A DNA stretch of 64,000 nucleotides from the IMG/VR virus record IMGVR_UViG_3300031851_000001. One strand, 5' to 3'. Positions 8,474-19,016 of this stretch are shown here, one piece after another. Within the stretch, counting starts at the first letter, position 1; each line of letters begins with the position of its first letter. The position numbers were made by a program, and so were the translations under genes. The notes beneath the pieces are model-generated. The model was not told the DNA's origin, did not search any database, and saw only the letters and a program-made list of their open reading frames with translations. The DNA comes from a virus. Taxonomy: Duplodnaviria > Caudoviricetes.

Positions 8474-11400
8474 CTATACTTTAACCTCTACTTCACCATT
8501 TTCACTATCAGATATCGCAATACCAATAATATCAAAGCTATTTATACCAGCAGTACCATAGTCTACGGCACGGCCTTTACCATCACGATCAGCAATAATC
8601 CATTGACCTTTAGTTGCATCGCCATTAATAAGAACTGGAATACGTCCTTTAAGAGCAACGAATGGGTTCATCTTAGACTCAATAGAGTCATCGTTGTCAT
8701 ATTCAATATGCTCATTCATTCTGTATGCAGGATTTGTAGAAACCGCACCAGCAACTGGCATTCCGGGTTGATACAATGTTACTTCTTTATCGCCGCCGAT
8801 ACCTAGGATATACCCAGGACCATAAATCGCGTCTGCTTCATATCTCTCTGCAAGGTCAGCCCATCTTGCTGACGTAGCCGTACCAACAAACACACCATCG
8901 TTTGCGATATAAGATCTATCAGAACCATTTTGTCTAAACTGACAAATTCTGTTTGAGTTTCCGCCTGCAACGATATAGAAACGGTTTGAGTGATATTCAA
9001 TTTTACCAACGTCGTTTCCTGGGTTACCTGTCCAGCTTTCGTTACCTGATTCTTCAAATCTAATACATGGTGAATAACCATCTTGGTGGCGAGTTCTTAA
9101 CTGCCATTGTCCTGCAGCATTTAAATCACCGGACCATGTTCTGTCACCATACATCCAACGACACATTGTACCGTTATATGTCGCTCTAAGTTGGAAAGAC
9201 ATAGATGAAGAGTTATTGTTACCAGTAGCAGCCCAATACTGACCTTGATAAGAATAAAAGTGTCCACCTGTACCTTGGTTATATAATCCATTGCGTGCTG
9301 AATCATTTCGGAGCCAACTCCTAGCATAAATATCGTTGCCTCTCATACCTGTATTAAAGTTAGAAAACGATGCTGGATCACAATAATAACCGGTGTTGTT
9401 TGAGTCATAGAAGATAGGCGCACGGAAGCTAAATCCTGAGTAAGCATAGTTTGCATCACCATAAACTCTAAACAAGTCAGAGTTACCAATACCACCAGTT
9501 GCCTGACCGTGTCGGCCAATATAGAAGTCTGCGCCAGAAGTATTGTTGTTATTTGAGTCTAAGTTAATATACACAGAACCATATGAGTTGATACGAATAT
9601 CGTCAGAAGTGTTACCATTAAGATCTCTAGCAGAGATTGAGTGGTTTGTGCTGTTATCACCGTATAAGGTAATAAAGTCACCACGATCACGCATATCAAA
9701 CTGGTCAGCTCGTACAACATTCATTTGAGATGTAGATGCAGGGTCTGTATAACGACCCGTGTTATTATTGTCATAGAATATTTGAGCTCTTAATGAACTA
9801 CGTGCTTGTAATGAGTTATTTACATAAACATCATTAGCACCTAATGGATCAGTCGCATTGTTGATTGACATAACCTGATTATTCATGTTGTAGTCATCAT
9901 AGAAACGCATACCATTATAGTTTGCATTAGCACCAAACTTAATACCTGTATGGAAAGCAATTCTTAAATCAGGGTAACGATATGACCAACCACCGCCTTC
10001 ACGGTAAATAGCATAAGCAGCTGATTCATTAGATGAAAAGTATAAACCAAACGTATCGTCTTGTGATACATCATCTTTATGTATAAACCTATTTGCTCGA
10101 ACATCGCCAGCAAAACTGTTGTCACCGGCTGGATTTAAGAAGTATGAAGAGTTGTTACGATCGTAATAAACATCGGCATACATATTACCATATACTTCAG
10201 TTGTACCACCGCGAGTTCTTAATGCCCATCCTGCACTATTATTAAGGAAACCAATATCATTCGAGTTATTTGCATATACATAACCTCGAATAGTACCGGC
10301 GTTTTCATCTCTAAATCGTATACCATTAGCAGATGAACCACCAGCAATGTTCCAATAGTCATCATTATCTGAATAGAAATGCTGACCTGTTGCAGTGTTA
10401 TATAAACCTCTACCATTTGTATCGTTACGGAACCAACCATCGTTATATACTTCAGAACGAATATCAAGTGTGTGCATTACCGATGTACTAGCAAAGTCAC
10501 CATAATAACCTGTGCTATCTCTATCGTAATATCTGCCAGCGTAAGCTCCGCCTGTTACGAATACATTACCGTCACCACGAACGAGAAGATTTGTTGTTCC
10601 GGATAATCCGCCATCTTTAAATGCGATGTCTTCACCACCCGATGTAGCAATAATTAAATGATTATCGTTTGTATCAGTAGCTTGGATATAACCACGAACA
10701 TTACCAGCACCCGTAATAAATTGAGCTTCACCACCATCAGCAAACTGAATAACATCAACTTTTGATGTATTTGATGGATCCATATAGAAAGACGTATTAT
10801 CTGAGTCAACTAATCTACTTGCATAGAAGTATGAACTTGTACCACCACCTGGGTTAGCGTTATAGATAGCAATATCAGAATAAGAAGAATAGGCTGTACC
10901 TGAGTTCCATGACTGTTGCCATAGACGCATACCACGACCAGACTTTTTAAACATCAATAAGTTATCTGAACCACCAGAAGAGTCTGTGTAAGATCTTAAG
11001 TGTAAGTAATCGGCATATGGTGCAGTGTTATCGTTGTTCCAAGATGTGAAACCAAACGTTAGTCGACCCGCAGTATCTTCATTTGGTTCAATAATACGGT
11101 TATCTTTTCGTAACAATGTTTGAGCATAACCATCAACATTACCTTGGATTACGTTATCAACTTGTAGTGTTAATAGTCTTGAAGTACCGTTACCATCAAT
11201 TTTATATGCAGTGTTATCACTATCATACCAAATTGGTGAACGTAACTGATTAGTACCTAAGAAGAAACCATCTTTAGTAGAGGCTTGTTCTGTACCAGCC
11301 CAATGAAGTTCTGTATCACCTGCTTGGCGATAGATCGTAGCCCACTGATTGTTCGTATCGTTATAGATACCAGCAATACCAGCTCCACTTGACATGAATA

Positions 11401-14400
11401 CCCAGTCATCGTTAATAGCATAACCTGCGTAACCACCTTTATTACCAGTTACACTAATGGAACCATAATTACCAGTAGATGTATCTAATTGATAAGTTGA
11501 GCCACCAAATTGAACTGCGTTTGCACGAAGAACATTAGTAAGAGATGTTGAAGCAGGATCTAAATAATAAGCATTATCGTCTGAGTCATAGAACCGACTT
11601 GCATAAGAACCGTTTAGAGCAGTATGCGTACCTGTTACAACAACATTACGAGACATAGCCCAATCACCATTAGCATCAGTCCAGTTATCGTCAGTAACAA
11701 ATCTTAGTCTGTCTGGGTTAGTACCCTCTGCCATTCTAAGCATTTGAGTTCCACCAGCAACCAACTGCATATCGTCAGCGCCAATAAATCTGATATATGT
11801 ATTTGTATCACCATTATGTCTGATATATTCATCAGCACGTATTTCGTTAAATACAGATGTTGAAGCAGGGTCAGCATAATAAGCTGAGTTATTAGAGTCA
11901 TAAAACCTTTGAGCATATGAATAACGTCCAGCCCAAACATCACCGTCAGACTCAACACGTAAACGATATGTACCATTACCGGCGCCAGATGTAAATTGTA
12001 AATTACCACCAGAATTTGTTGCTAAGTCATTTGGTGACTCATAAATTTGCCATAGGTTTCCGCCGTTCCATGCTAGTCCTTCAGACGGTCCCGGATCGTT
12101 GAATGTTAATTTGTTTACGTTATTAATATTACCATTTGTCCAATCCCAGTTACCTGCGACTTTAGATGGACCTTTTGGTTCAATATAATAGTTAGTATCG
12201 TTAAGATCTCTAAACCTACCAGCATCAATAATATTTGCTGATATGTTGTCTGCAGAAACATCACCAGTAACAGTAAGATCCCCACCGATTGAAGCATCAG
12301 TAACGACAGTTAATCCTTCAGCTTTTATACTCGATTGTACATCAACTCTCTTTAGAATTGGTGGACCAAATTCACGAGTTGCACCGTTTGGCGCAAAGTT
12401 CATAAGAGAAACTAATCTAACAAACCGAACACCTGCACCATCTGAACCATTAAATGGCGTATGGGTAGTTGGAAGCGTATGCTCACCTTTATATTCAGTC
12501 CAGCCTGTGGCGGTGTGGTCAACCGCAGATGCCGCGAAGTATACAATACCATCGTTAGCAGCAATTGGATTTTTATCTTTATCGTATTGTCTAACACCTA
12601 AGTAAAATAAACCGCCAGTACCACTGATGCGTCGTACTGCCTGTTCTGCATAAATTGTTTCTCCCGGCTCAACTGGAATAAAGTCAGAGTCAAAATCTCT
12701 GTAACCGTTAGTTCTTAATACATAACTTGATGCGAATGGGCCATCACCATTTAAAACATAATCACTGGTAGATGTAGTTGCGCTATTTTCAATACCTTGC
12801 ATTGGTTGGATAACTCGTTTATCCCAATAATCTGATGCATCAAACATTTTCATATCAGCAAGGCCAGAGCCATACGTTTTTAACAATCCAAGATTTTCAT
12901 TACCACCATTAAGAGCAAGTGATCCAAATATACCAGCGCCATAAGCTTGTATGTCACCATTTTCTGAGAACCAGAAACGCTCACCTATATTATTAAACGA
13001 AATACCCATCGCAGAGCGAGAGTTTCTTGTTTGGTGGAATATAGATGGGAAGTTAGCATCAGCAGTAGTATTTTGTAAAACGATCAAACGTTGTTGTGCA
13101 GACTTAACTTCAAGTGGATATGTAGTATTATTAAAGATTGCGCTATCGCCTGCCTTAACAGATTTAAGTCTAGATTGACCAGACGGTTGCATATAAAATG
13201 CAGCGTTATTTAAATCATAGAATATTGGAGAACGCATACTGTTTGGAGCAGAACCATAACCGTTTTCAGCACCAATTTGGTGAATGTTATTTGAATGTAA
13301 TCTTGTAAAGTTATTTCTGTTTGCAGTCAGTGACCATTCATTATCAGTCTCGTTATACAGACCCATCTCTGTAGCACCGCTGGATATAAAGCCCCAGTCA
13401 TTACTAATCATATAACCTGCATAACCATCTCTTTCGCCTTCAACCATAATAGTCCCTTTAGGACCTGATGGTGAGTCGATAGTTAGAGAACTGCCATCCA
13501 TTTGGATTTGATTTGTTCTAACAACATTAAGTATAGATGTTGAAGCAGGATCTAAATAATAAGCATTGTTTCCTGAGTCATAATAACGTGGAGCGTAAAC
13601 ATCAAGGTTAAAGTCAGCAGAGTTATCATCAATGTTTAATCTCTGTGTATTATTGATAAACAATTTATAGATACCAGCGGCTGAGAAACCGAAGTATGTA
13701 TCTTCATCACCTTTATGTCTAATATAATCGTCTAAGTCAATTCTATTCATTACTGATGTACCAGCAAAGTCACCATAATAAGCGTTGTCATTATAATCGT
13801 AATAAGTAGGGAAATATGCCATGTCATTGGCATCGGCTGCTGATATGCCGCCGTTGAAATTCACTCTCTTATTGAATAGGAATATTGCTCTGTCTGTATC
13901 AAACTGAGCTGACCCTGCAACCTTAGATCCAATATCTAAAGTACCAGTTGGTGTTGTGAACCTATGAGCATTGGCTGTATTTGGCTCAAACTTGTAAGTT
14001 CCACCAGCATCAGAGAATATTGGAGAACGCATATCTGTTGCAGCTTCAGCATATGTTGAATATACATCAAGCTGTGCGGTTCCACCGGCAGTAAATATAA
14101 TTTGGTCAGCGCCAAAACCAATTTTAGTATTAGTATTTCCGTCGTGTATAATTTCACCGACAAGACTTATATTATTCATTCGTGATGTACTAGCAAAGTC
14201 ACCGTAGAATAAAACATCATCTGCATCTAGGTATTGAGCGAATGAAGCATTACCTGTTGATGTGAGTAATTTATTATTTCTAATTCTAAGATTGTTGGCA
14301 TCGTTCATATAGAAACCGCCACCTTGACCAAAGCCAAGTTCATCCATTCTTAGGAATGTAGCAGTTCCATTACCGACAACATATGCATCATCAGTACCAT

Positions 14401-16861
14401 TAAGTTGAAGCGATCCATCTATGTGAAGTTTACTATCTGTTTTTGTTCCGCTATTTAATATCGGTGTATTATCATGTTGAGTATATGCGACTGAGTCATT
14501 ACCGATTGTAATATCCCCTGTGCTAAGCATTGCTAATCTAGTTGATGCACCACTATCGTAGAAGTAAACTCCTTGGTCTGCATCAGATATAAAGTAAGCA
14601 TTCCTTGAGTTATCACCACGAATAGAGAACGCCGCTGCGCCATCTGATAAGAACTCTGCCCAATAAGCATTTTTACTTTGGTATGGATTACCACCAATGT
14701 CAATTCTATTAAGTGATAAGAGCGATAGCCCGCCATTATTACCAGCGATTGAAATTGTAGGGTTAGTAGTTGCACCTAATCCTGCGTATGGCGCGATCAT
14801 AATTCCGCCAGTGCCTGAGTTATTATCTACAAGATTAAAGTCTGTGCCTGCTCCAACATTAATACGACCACCAACTCTAAGTGAGTCAGAAGCACCAGTT
14901 TGACCAAGATCCAAATAATTTGTGGTTCCTGATGTATCATAATATACCGGTGCTTTCATATTGTCAACGGCAGTTACACCAGAATCTCTTACGAATAATC
15001 TATCAGAACCACCAGTTCTTACTTTAAATTCGTTTGCAGCAGAGAATGTAATAAGTGTATCAGCATCTCCTTGATGAATAATATCACCTTGTAAACTAAT
15101 ATTATTCATTACCGATGTACCAGCAAAGTCACCATAATATGAGTTATTATCAGAGTCGACAAATTGTGGTGCAAGAACATTATACGTGAATGTTGCATTT
15201 GAATTATTAAGAGTTAATCGTGCAGCGCCATTTGTTGTAAATGTTTGCGTATCTGCGCCAAAAGAAATCTTATTATTAGTATCACCATTATGGAATAAGT
15301 CATCGTTAATCCCAAGGTTATTAAATACCGATGTACCGGCAGGATCAGCATAAAAGTTATTGTCACTTGAGTCAAGGAACCTTGGTGCGATTAAGTCAAC
15401 TGATGATGTAACCGACGTATCAGTGATTGCTAATCTTGTTGCTCCACCTGTGTTTAAATTGATTGTGTCGGTATCAAATGATAACTTAGTATCGGTATCA
15501 CCATTATGGAAAAGATCGCTGTCAATTCCAATCGTATTCATTACAGATGTACCAGCAAAGTCACCAAGATATGCATTATTACCGCTATCTAAATAGCGAG
15601 GAGCCTTTACATCAACTAATGATGTTACGTCAGTGTCAGTAATTAATAACCTTTGACCTCCACCAGTATAAACTTCAAATTGGTTAGCAGCCGGGAAATT
15701 AATATATGTATCAGCATCGCCATCGTGCGAAATTGTCCCAACAAGACTGATGTTATTTAACCTAGATGTATCAGAAGGCCAAGATAGATATGTATTATCA
15801 GCAGAGTCTAAAAATTTATCAGCAATAAGATTACGACCAACAGTCCAATCTCCATTTAAATCTGAATATGTTTGATAAGCAAATACGCCATCAAGGAAAC
15901 CAATTTTACCATTGTCTGATGCCATAACTCTATTGTTACCCGCACCACGCATAGTAAGTAGTGCTGAGCCAGTTCCATCACCAATAGCAACTGTACCTTC
16001 AAACTCTAAGTTACCTGTAGCAACATCGTTAACATCTGAGCGAATAAACTGAGCAGCTTCTAATCCATCAACCGTGTCAGCATCAAATAAGTTACCTGCA
16101 CCTTCATCATCAGTTGTAATAATACGACCTAAGTCTGTACCTCCTGATATTAGTTTAAACCAATCATTTGTTTCATCCCATTGTAAAGATGAATTTGGTA
16201 AATTACCACGAAGAACTTCCCAACCAGCATTTTCTGTCGGAGCTCCTGTAGTAAAATTACTATTAAGAGTAATTAAGTTATCGGCAATTAAAACTGTTTC
16301 TGATTGAACTTCGGTACGTGTACCTTGTACTGTAAGGTTACCAGTGATAATATAATCACCGTCCAATGTATCATTTTGGTCAGAACGAACAAACGATAAT
16401 GAGTCAATTCCATCAAGAAAATCGGCATCTAAGCCTGATCCTGTACCATCGTTACCACTATACCAAACTGGTACGCCGTTAATGGAAGGAACATTAGTAA
16501 AATCCGCTTCAGTAGTATTAATTGTAAGCTGGACGTTATTACCGGCTTTGAATACCAAACCGCTTGCCGTATTATCATTAAATTTTATTTCGTTTGAGCC
16601 TGAGGTATTGTAAATACTGTAGTCACCACTACCTGTATTTTTAATTCGTAATGCACCTACGCCGCCTGCAAAATCCATTAAAGGAGTATCAATACCTCCT
16701 GTGTTCTCAACAGTAATTGGAACCGATGAGCCTGTGCTTGTAAGTTTGGCTGTGCCTGATACTTGTAATTTATTTACACCATCATCAGAGGATGTGCCGA
16801 CAAGAACGTTATTCTCCGATTGAAGACCGTTCTTTACTATGAATTTCTTATCATTTGCCAT
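8474..16861 (-). CDS. Very long tail fibre/receptor-binding protein (~2795 aa) with C-terminal peptidase G2-like autocleavage chaperone
   Basis: N-terminal KKFIVKNGL motif typical of marine T4-like fibre proteins; ~18 YDS.NNAYY.DPASTS repeats; C-terminal ARWADLAERYEAD...GRIPV pattern typical of G2-type intramolecular chaperones. The ATG at 16861 is spaced correctly from a GGAG Shine-Dalgarno site; the GTG at 16870 is too close. Confidence 0.85.
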   Translation of the reverse strand: MANDKKFIVKNGLQSENNVLVGTSSDDGVNKLQVSGTAKLTSTGSSVPITVENTGGIDTPLMDFAGGVGALRIKNTGSGDYSIYNTSGSNEIKFNDNTASGLVFKAGNNVQLTINTTEADFTNVPSINGVPVWYSGNDGTGSGLDADFLDGIDSLSFVRSDQNDTLDGDYIITGNLTVQGTRTEVQSETVLIADNLITLNSNFTTGAPTENAGWEVLRGNLPNSSLQWDETNDWFKLISGGTDLGRIITTDDEGAGNLFDADTVDGLEAAQFIRSDVNDVATGNLEFEGTVAIGDGTGSALLTMRGAGNNRVMASDNGKIGFLDGVFAYQTYSDLNGDWTVGRNLIADKFLDSADNTYLSWPSDTSRLNNISLVGTISHDGDADTYINFPAANQFEVYTGGGQRLLITDTDVTSLVDVKAPRYLDSGNNAYLGDFAGTSVMNTIGIDSDLFHNGDTDTKLSFDTDTINLNTGGATRLAITDTSVTSSVDLIAPRFLDSSDNNFYADPAGTSVFNNLGINDDLFHNGDTNNKISFGADTQTFTTNGAARLTLNNSNATFTYNVLAPQFVDSDNNSYYGDFAGTSVMNNISLQGDIIHQGDADTLITFSAANEFKVRTGGSDRLFVRDSGVTAVDNMKAPVYYDTSGTTNYLDLGQTGASDSLRVGGRINVGAGTDFNLVDNNSGTGGIMIAPYAGLGATTNPTISIAGNNGGLSLLSLNRIDIGGNPYQSKNAYWAEFLSDGAAAFSIRGDNSRNAYFISDADQGVYFYDSGASTRLAMLSTGDITIGNDSVAYTQHDNTPILNSGTKTDSKLHIDGSLQLNGTDDAYVVGNGTATFLRMDELGFGQGGGFYMNDANNLRIRNNKLLTSTGNASFAQYLDADDVLFYGDFASTSRMNNISLVGEIIHDGNTNTKIGFGADQIIFTAGGTAQLDVYSTYAEAATDMRSPIFSDAGGTYKFEPNTANAHRFTTPTGTLDIGSKVAGSAQFDTDRAIFLFNKRVNFNGGISAADANDMAYFPTYYDYNDNAYYGDFAGTSVMNRIDLDDYIRHKGDEDTYFGFSAAGIYKLFINNTQRLNIDDNSADFNLDVYAPRYYDSGNNAYYLDPASTSILNVVRTNQIQMDGSSLTIDSPSGPKGTIMVEGERDGYAGYMISNDWGFISSGATEMGLYNETDNEWSLTANRNNFTRLHSNNIHQIGAENGYGSAPNSMRSPIFYDLNNAAFYMQPSGQSRLKSVKAGDSAIFNNTTYPLEVKSAQQRLIVLQNTTADANFPSIFHQTRNSRSAMGISFNNIGERFWFSENGDIQAYGAGIFGSLALNGGNENLGLLKTYGSGLADMKMFDASDYWDKRVIQPMQGIENSATTSTSDYVLNGDGPFASSYVLRTNGYRDFDSDFIPVEPGETIYAEQAVRRISGTGGLFYLGVRQYDKDKNPIAANDGIVYFAASAVDHTATGWTEYKGEHTLPTTHTPFNGSDGAGVRFVRLVSLMNFAPNGATREFGPPILKRVDVQSSIKAEGLTVVTDASIGGDLTVTGDVSADNISANIIDAGRFRDLNDTNYYIEPKGPSKVAGNWDWTNGNINNVNKLTFNDPGPSEGLAWNGGNLWQIYESPNDLATNSGGNLQFTSGAGNGTYRLRVESDGDVWAGRYSYAQRFYDSNNSAYYADPASTSVFNEIRADEYIRHNGDTNTYIRFIGADDMQLVAGGTQMLRMAEGTNPDRLRFVTDDNWTDANGDWAMSRNVVVTGTHTALNGSYASRFYDSDDNAYYLDPASTSLTNVLRANAVQFGGSTYQLDTSTGNYGSISVTGNKGGYAGYAINDDWVFMSSGAGIAGIYNDTNNQWATIYRQAGDTELHWAGTEQASTKDGFFLGTNQLRSPIWYDSDNTAYKIDGNGTSRLLTLQVDNVIQGNVDGYAQTLLRKDNRIIEPNEDTAGRLTFGFTSWNNDNTAPYADYLHLRSYTDSSGGSDNLLMFKKSGRGMRLWQQSWNSGTAYSSYSDIAIYNANPGGGTSSYFYASRLVDSDNTSFYMDPSNTSKVDVIQFADGGEAQFITGAGNVRGYIQATDTNDNHLIIATSGGEDIAFKDGGLSGTTNLLVRGDGNVFVTGGAYAGRYYDRDSTGYYGDFASTSVMHTLDIRSEVYNDGWFRNDTNGRGLYNTATGQHFYSDNDDYWNIAGGSSANGIRFRDENAGTIRGYVYANNSNDIGFLNNSAGWALRTRGGTTEVYGNMYADVYYDRNNSSYFLNPAGDNSFAGDVRANRFIHKDDVSQDDTFGLYFSSNESAAYAIYREGGGWSYRYPDLRIAFHTGIKFGANANYNGMRFYDDYNMNNQVMSINNATDPLGANDVYVNNSLQARSSLRAQIFYDNNNTGRYTDPASTSQMNVVRADQFDMRDRGDFITLYGDNSTNHSISARDLNGNTSDDIRINSYGSVYINLDSNNNNTSGADFYIGRHGQATGGIGNSDLFRVYGDANYAYSGFSFRAPIFYDSNNTGYYCDPASFSNFNTGMRGNDIYARSWLRNDSARNGLYNQGTGGHFYSYQGQYWAATGNNNSSSMSFQLRATYNGTMCRWMYGDRTWSGDLNAAGQWQLRTRHQDGYSPCIRFEESGNESWTGNPGNDVGKIEYHSNRFYIVAGGNSNRICQFRQNGSDRSYIANDGVFVGTATSARWADLAERYEADAIYGPGYILGIGGDKEVTLYQPGMPVAGAVSTNPAYRMNEHIEYDNDDSIESKMNPFVALKGRIPVLINGDATKGQWIIADRDGKGRAVDYGTAGINSFDIIGIAISDSENGEVEVKV
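9360..15820 (-). repeat. Dispersed protein repeat (F/Y)xD(S)xNxxYYxD(P/F)A(S/G)TS, ~18-19 copies; several extend to a ~72-aa unit with H.GD.DT...F
   Basis: Read from the translation, e.g. RYLDSGNNAYLGDFAGTSVMN, RYYDSGNNAYYLDPASTSILN, RFYDSDDNAYYLDPASTSLTN, IFYDSNNTGYYCDPASFS. Confidence 0.9.
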
Positions 16862-16898
16862 TCGGTTCACTCTCCCCAGTTAGGCTTATTCTTTATTG

Positions 16899-16906
16899 TA
16901 TTTATA
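16899..16906 (-). promoter_or_regulatory. T4-type late promoter TATAAATA
   Basis: Exact TATTTATA on the + strand, in the short gap upstream of the long fibre gene. Confidence 0.8.
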
Positions 16907-16910
16907 ATGA

Positions 16911-19016
16911 TTACTTAATCAGTGTTCCCGCAATTTTATATACTGTTGAAGATGCTGAACTTGAATTCACATTAAGTTTAACGAGAAACCCATCAATTTC
17001 AACATCAAACGTTGCTAGCTCTGTACTCGTAAACACAACGCCGTATTCAGTAGCAATTGCGGTTGACCCGTCGTGTGTAACCAATAGTTTAGTTATTTGA
17101 CGATCAGTACCTTCAGTTGCGGTTACTGTATATTCAGCACCACTAAAACTACTATACGGAAATGCGTGAATGTTTGTCGAGCTTGTTGTAGTTGTCGTGG
17201 TTGTTGATGATATAAATGTACTTTGGTCTAAACTTAAGTTGCCTTCAACCGTTAAGTTACCTGTAATCGTATCACCAGTAACATTAACAAATCTGTTATC
17301 AGCTTCAGTTTCAGTATAATAGCGATTGTCTAATTGACCCGCATCTAACTCTGTTTCAGTATAATATCTGCTATCAAGTTGACCATTATCTAATTCAGTC
17401 TCTGTGTAATAAAGAGAATTAAGTTGACCATTATCTAGCTCGGTCTCTGTATAATAACGACTGTCAAGTTCACCATTATCTAGCTCGGTCTCTGTATAAT
17501 AACGACTGTCAAGTTCACCGCTTGTTAATTCGGTTTCAGTAAAGTATCTGTTATCGAGTTGACCAGCATCTAATTCTGTTTCGGTATAATAACGATCGTC
17601 AAGTTGTGTATTTGCATGTGTTAGTACGTGACCATTCGTATCAAAGGTTAGACCAGTGAGTACACGACCTGATGCTAATGAAGTATCAACAACTGAAGAT
17701 GTATCGTCGTGGGTTATTGTAATTATTGTATTAATGGAATCATTTAAGTTAAAGTTTCCAGTACCAGTTAGTCCTGATCCACCTTGAACTGTAACATTAC
17801 CATTTCCGATTTGGTTTGCCGCAGTATTTGCAGCCTGTGATAAAATATCTGATGCATGTAATCCATCAAGTTTATCAGCATCTAAGTCAGTTCCTGTACC
17901 ATCAACTGTAATAAGTTCCGCAAGGATTTCGGCAGCAGTTTGGTCAGCGGTTGCGCCATCTTCAATTAAATCGAGTTTAGCACCATCAACCGAAACGTCT
18001 CTACCATCAACATTGCCAGTAACAGTAATATTACCTGTTACATCAATATCCTGTCCAAAGGTATCAACCTCAACGTAATAGCTTGTACCATCACCTGTTT
18101 GTAATGCCAAAGTGTTGTTTGCACTAATCCAAGAAAAGTCATCAACGCCAGATACTGAAGATGTTGTGACAGATGTTAAACGCCCGTCTTCGTCAACAGT
18201 AATTACCGGAACGGCGGTTGCCGAACCATATGAGCCTGCTGTTACACCAGTATTTGCTAACTCAGTAGTAAGAGTCATTACACCAGTATTTGAAGAAGCT
18301 GTACCCGTAACCTTACCAGTTAATGTGAGATCCAATCCATCTTCTAATAAATCTAACTTTGCACCGTCGGCAGCAACATCCCGGCCATCTACCAAGCCTG
18401 TTACTGTAATGTTTCCAATAACACCAAGGCCGGTAAACGTATCAATAAGTGTGTCGTAAAAGTTACCATCAGCGGTACCAATAGTAAATGTATTATTAGC
18501 AATAGTCCATGTAGTGTTTGCCACACCTGCCACGGAAACGGTATTGGCTGTAGTAATTCGACCATCTTCATCAACCGTGAAAACGGGTACAAGAGAAGCC
18601 GAACCATACGAGCCTGCGGTTACACCAGTATTTGATAACTCTGTTGTAAGAGTCATAACACCAGTATTAGAGAATGCATTGCCTGTTACTTTACCGTCTA
18701 ATGTGAGGTCTAAAGTAGCAGGTGGTACATTCGTAAAGTTATTATAATCTAAGTAATAATCGCCAGACTGACCATCTAATAGGTCTGAGTCAAGGCCGGA
18801 TCCTACGCCATCAACTGTTTTAAGGAGGGTAAGAACCGCGCTGGCATCTAAGTCTGCCGATACATCGATAATTGATTCTGTGTTAGCAACGGCATCATAT
18901 TTTTTAAAATATAGTTTACCGTCAGCAGTGTTAATGGCGATTTCACCAAAATCTAACTGTGCAACTGTAGGTACACGCCCCGCAACTGAACTGCGGCGTA
19001 ATTTTATTGTTGACAT
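16911..19016 (-). CDS. Tail fibre/virion structural protein (701 aa) with Mtd-N-like N-terminus
   Basis: N-terminal IKLRRSS..GRVPT...L..GEIAINTADGKLYFK motif shared by many fibre N-termini; internal duplications; C-terminal domain typical of marine T4-like structural proteins. Confidence 0.75.
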   Translation of the reverse strand: MSTIKLRRSSVAGRVPTVAQLDFGEIAINTADGKLYFKKYDAVANTESIIDVSADLDASAVLTLLKTVDGVGSGLDSDLLDGQSGDYYLDYNNFTNVPPATLDLTLDGKVTGNAFSNTGVMTLTTELSNTGVTAGSYGSASLVPVFTVDEDGRITTANTVSVAGVANTTWTIANNTFTIGTADGNFYDTLIDTFTGLGVIGNITVTGLVDGRDVAADGAKLDLLEDGLDLTLTGKVTGTASSNTGVMTLTTELANTGVTAGSYGSATAVPVITVDEDGRLTSVTTSSVSGVDDFSWISANNTLALQTGDGTSYYVEVDTFGQDIDVTGNITVTGNVDGRDVSVDGAKLDLIEDGATADQTAAEILAELITVDGTGTDLDADKLDGLHASDILSQAANTAANQIGNGNVTVQGGSGLTGTGNFNLNDSINTIITITHDDTSSVVDTSLASGRVLTGLTFDTNGHVLTHANTQLDDRYYTETELDAGQLDNRYFTETELTSGELDSRYYTETELDNGELDSRYYTETELDNGQLNSLYYTETELDNGQLDSRYYTETELDAGQLDNRYYTETEADNRFVNVTGDTITGNLTVEGNLSLDQSTFISSTTTTTTTSSTNIHAFPYSSFSGAEYTVTATEGTDRQITKLLVTHDGSTAIATEYGVVFTSTELATFDVEIDGFLVKLNVNSSSASSTVYKIAGTLIK
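17293..17607 (-). repeat. Tandem 45-bp/15-aa repeat (Q/E)LD(S/N)RYYTETELD(N/A)G, 7 copies
   Basis: Visible in both DNA and translation. Copies 3 and 4 are near-identical at nucleotide level. Confidence 0.92.
17960..18715 (-). repeat. Internal ~125-aa duplication (LDLTL.GKVTG...NTGVMTLTTEL.NTGVTAGSYGSA...DGRDV..DGAKLDL.EDG)
   Basis: Two aligned copies in the translation. Confidence 0.85.

Noticed and set aside
7709-16861. Diversity-generating retroelement or invertible shufflon acting on the fibre or the paralogous pair
   Set aside because: No reverse transcriptase or recombinase in the window. Differences between the paralogs are not adenine-specific, and all modules are co-oriented.
17293-17607. 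45-bp repeats as a CRISPR array
   Set aside because: In-frame coding tandem repeats with no unique spacers and no cas genes.
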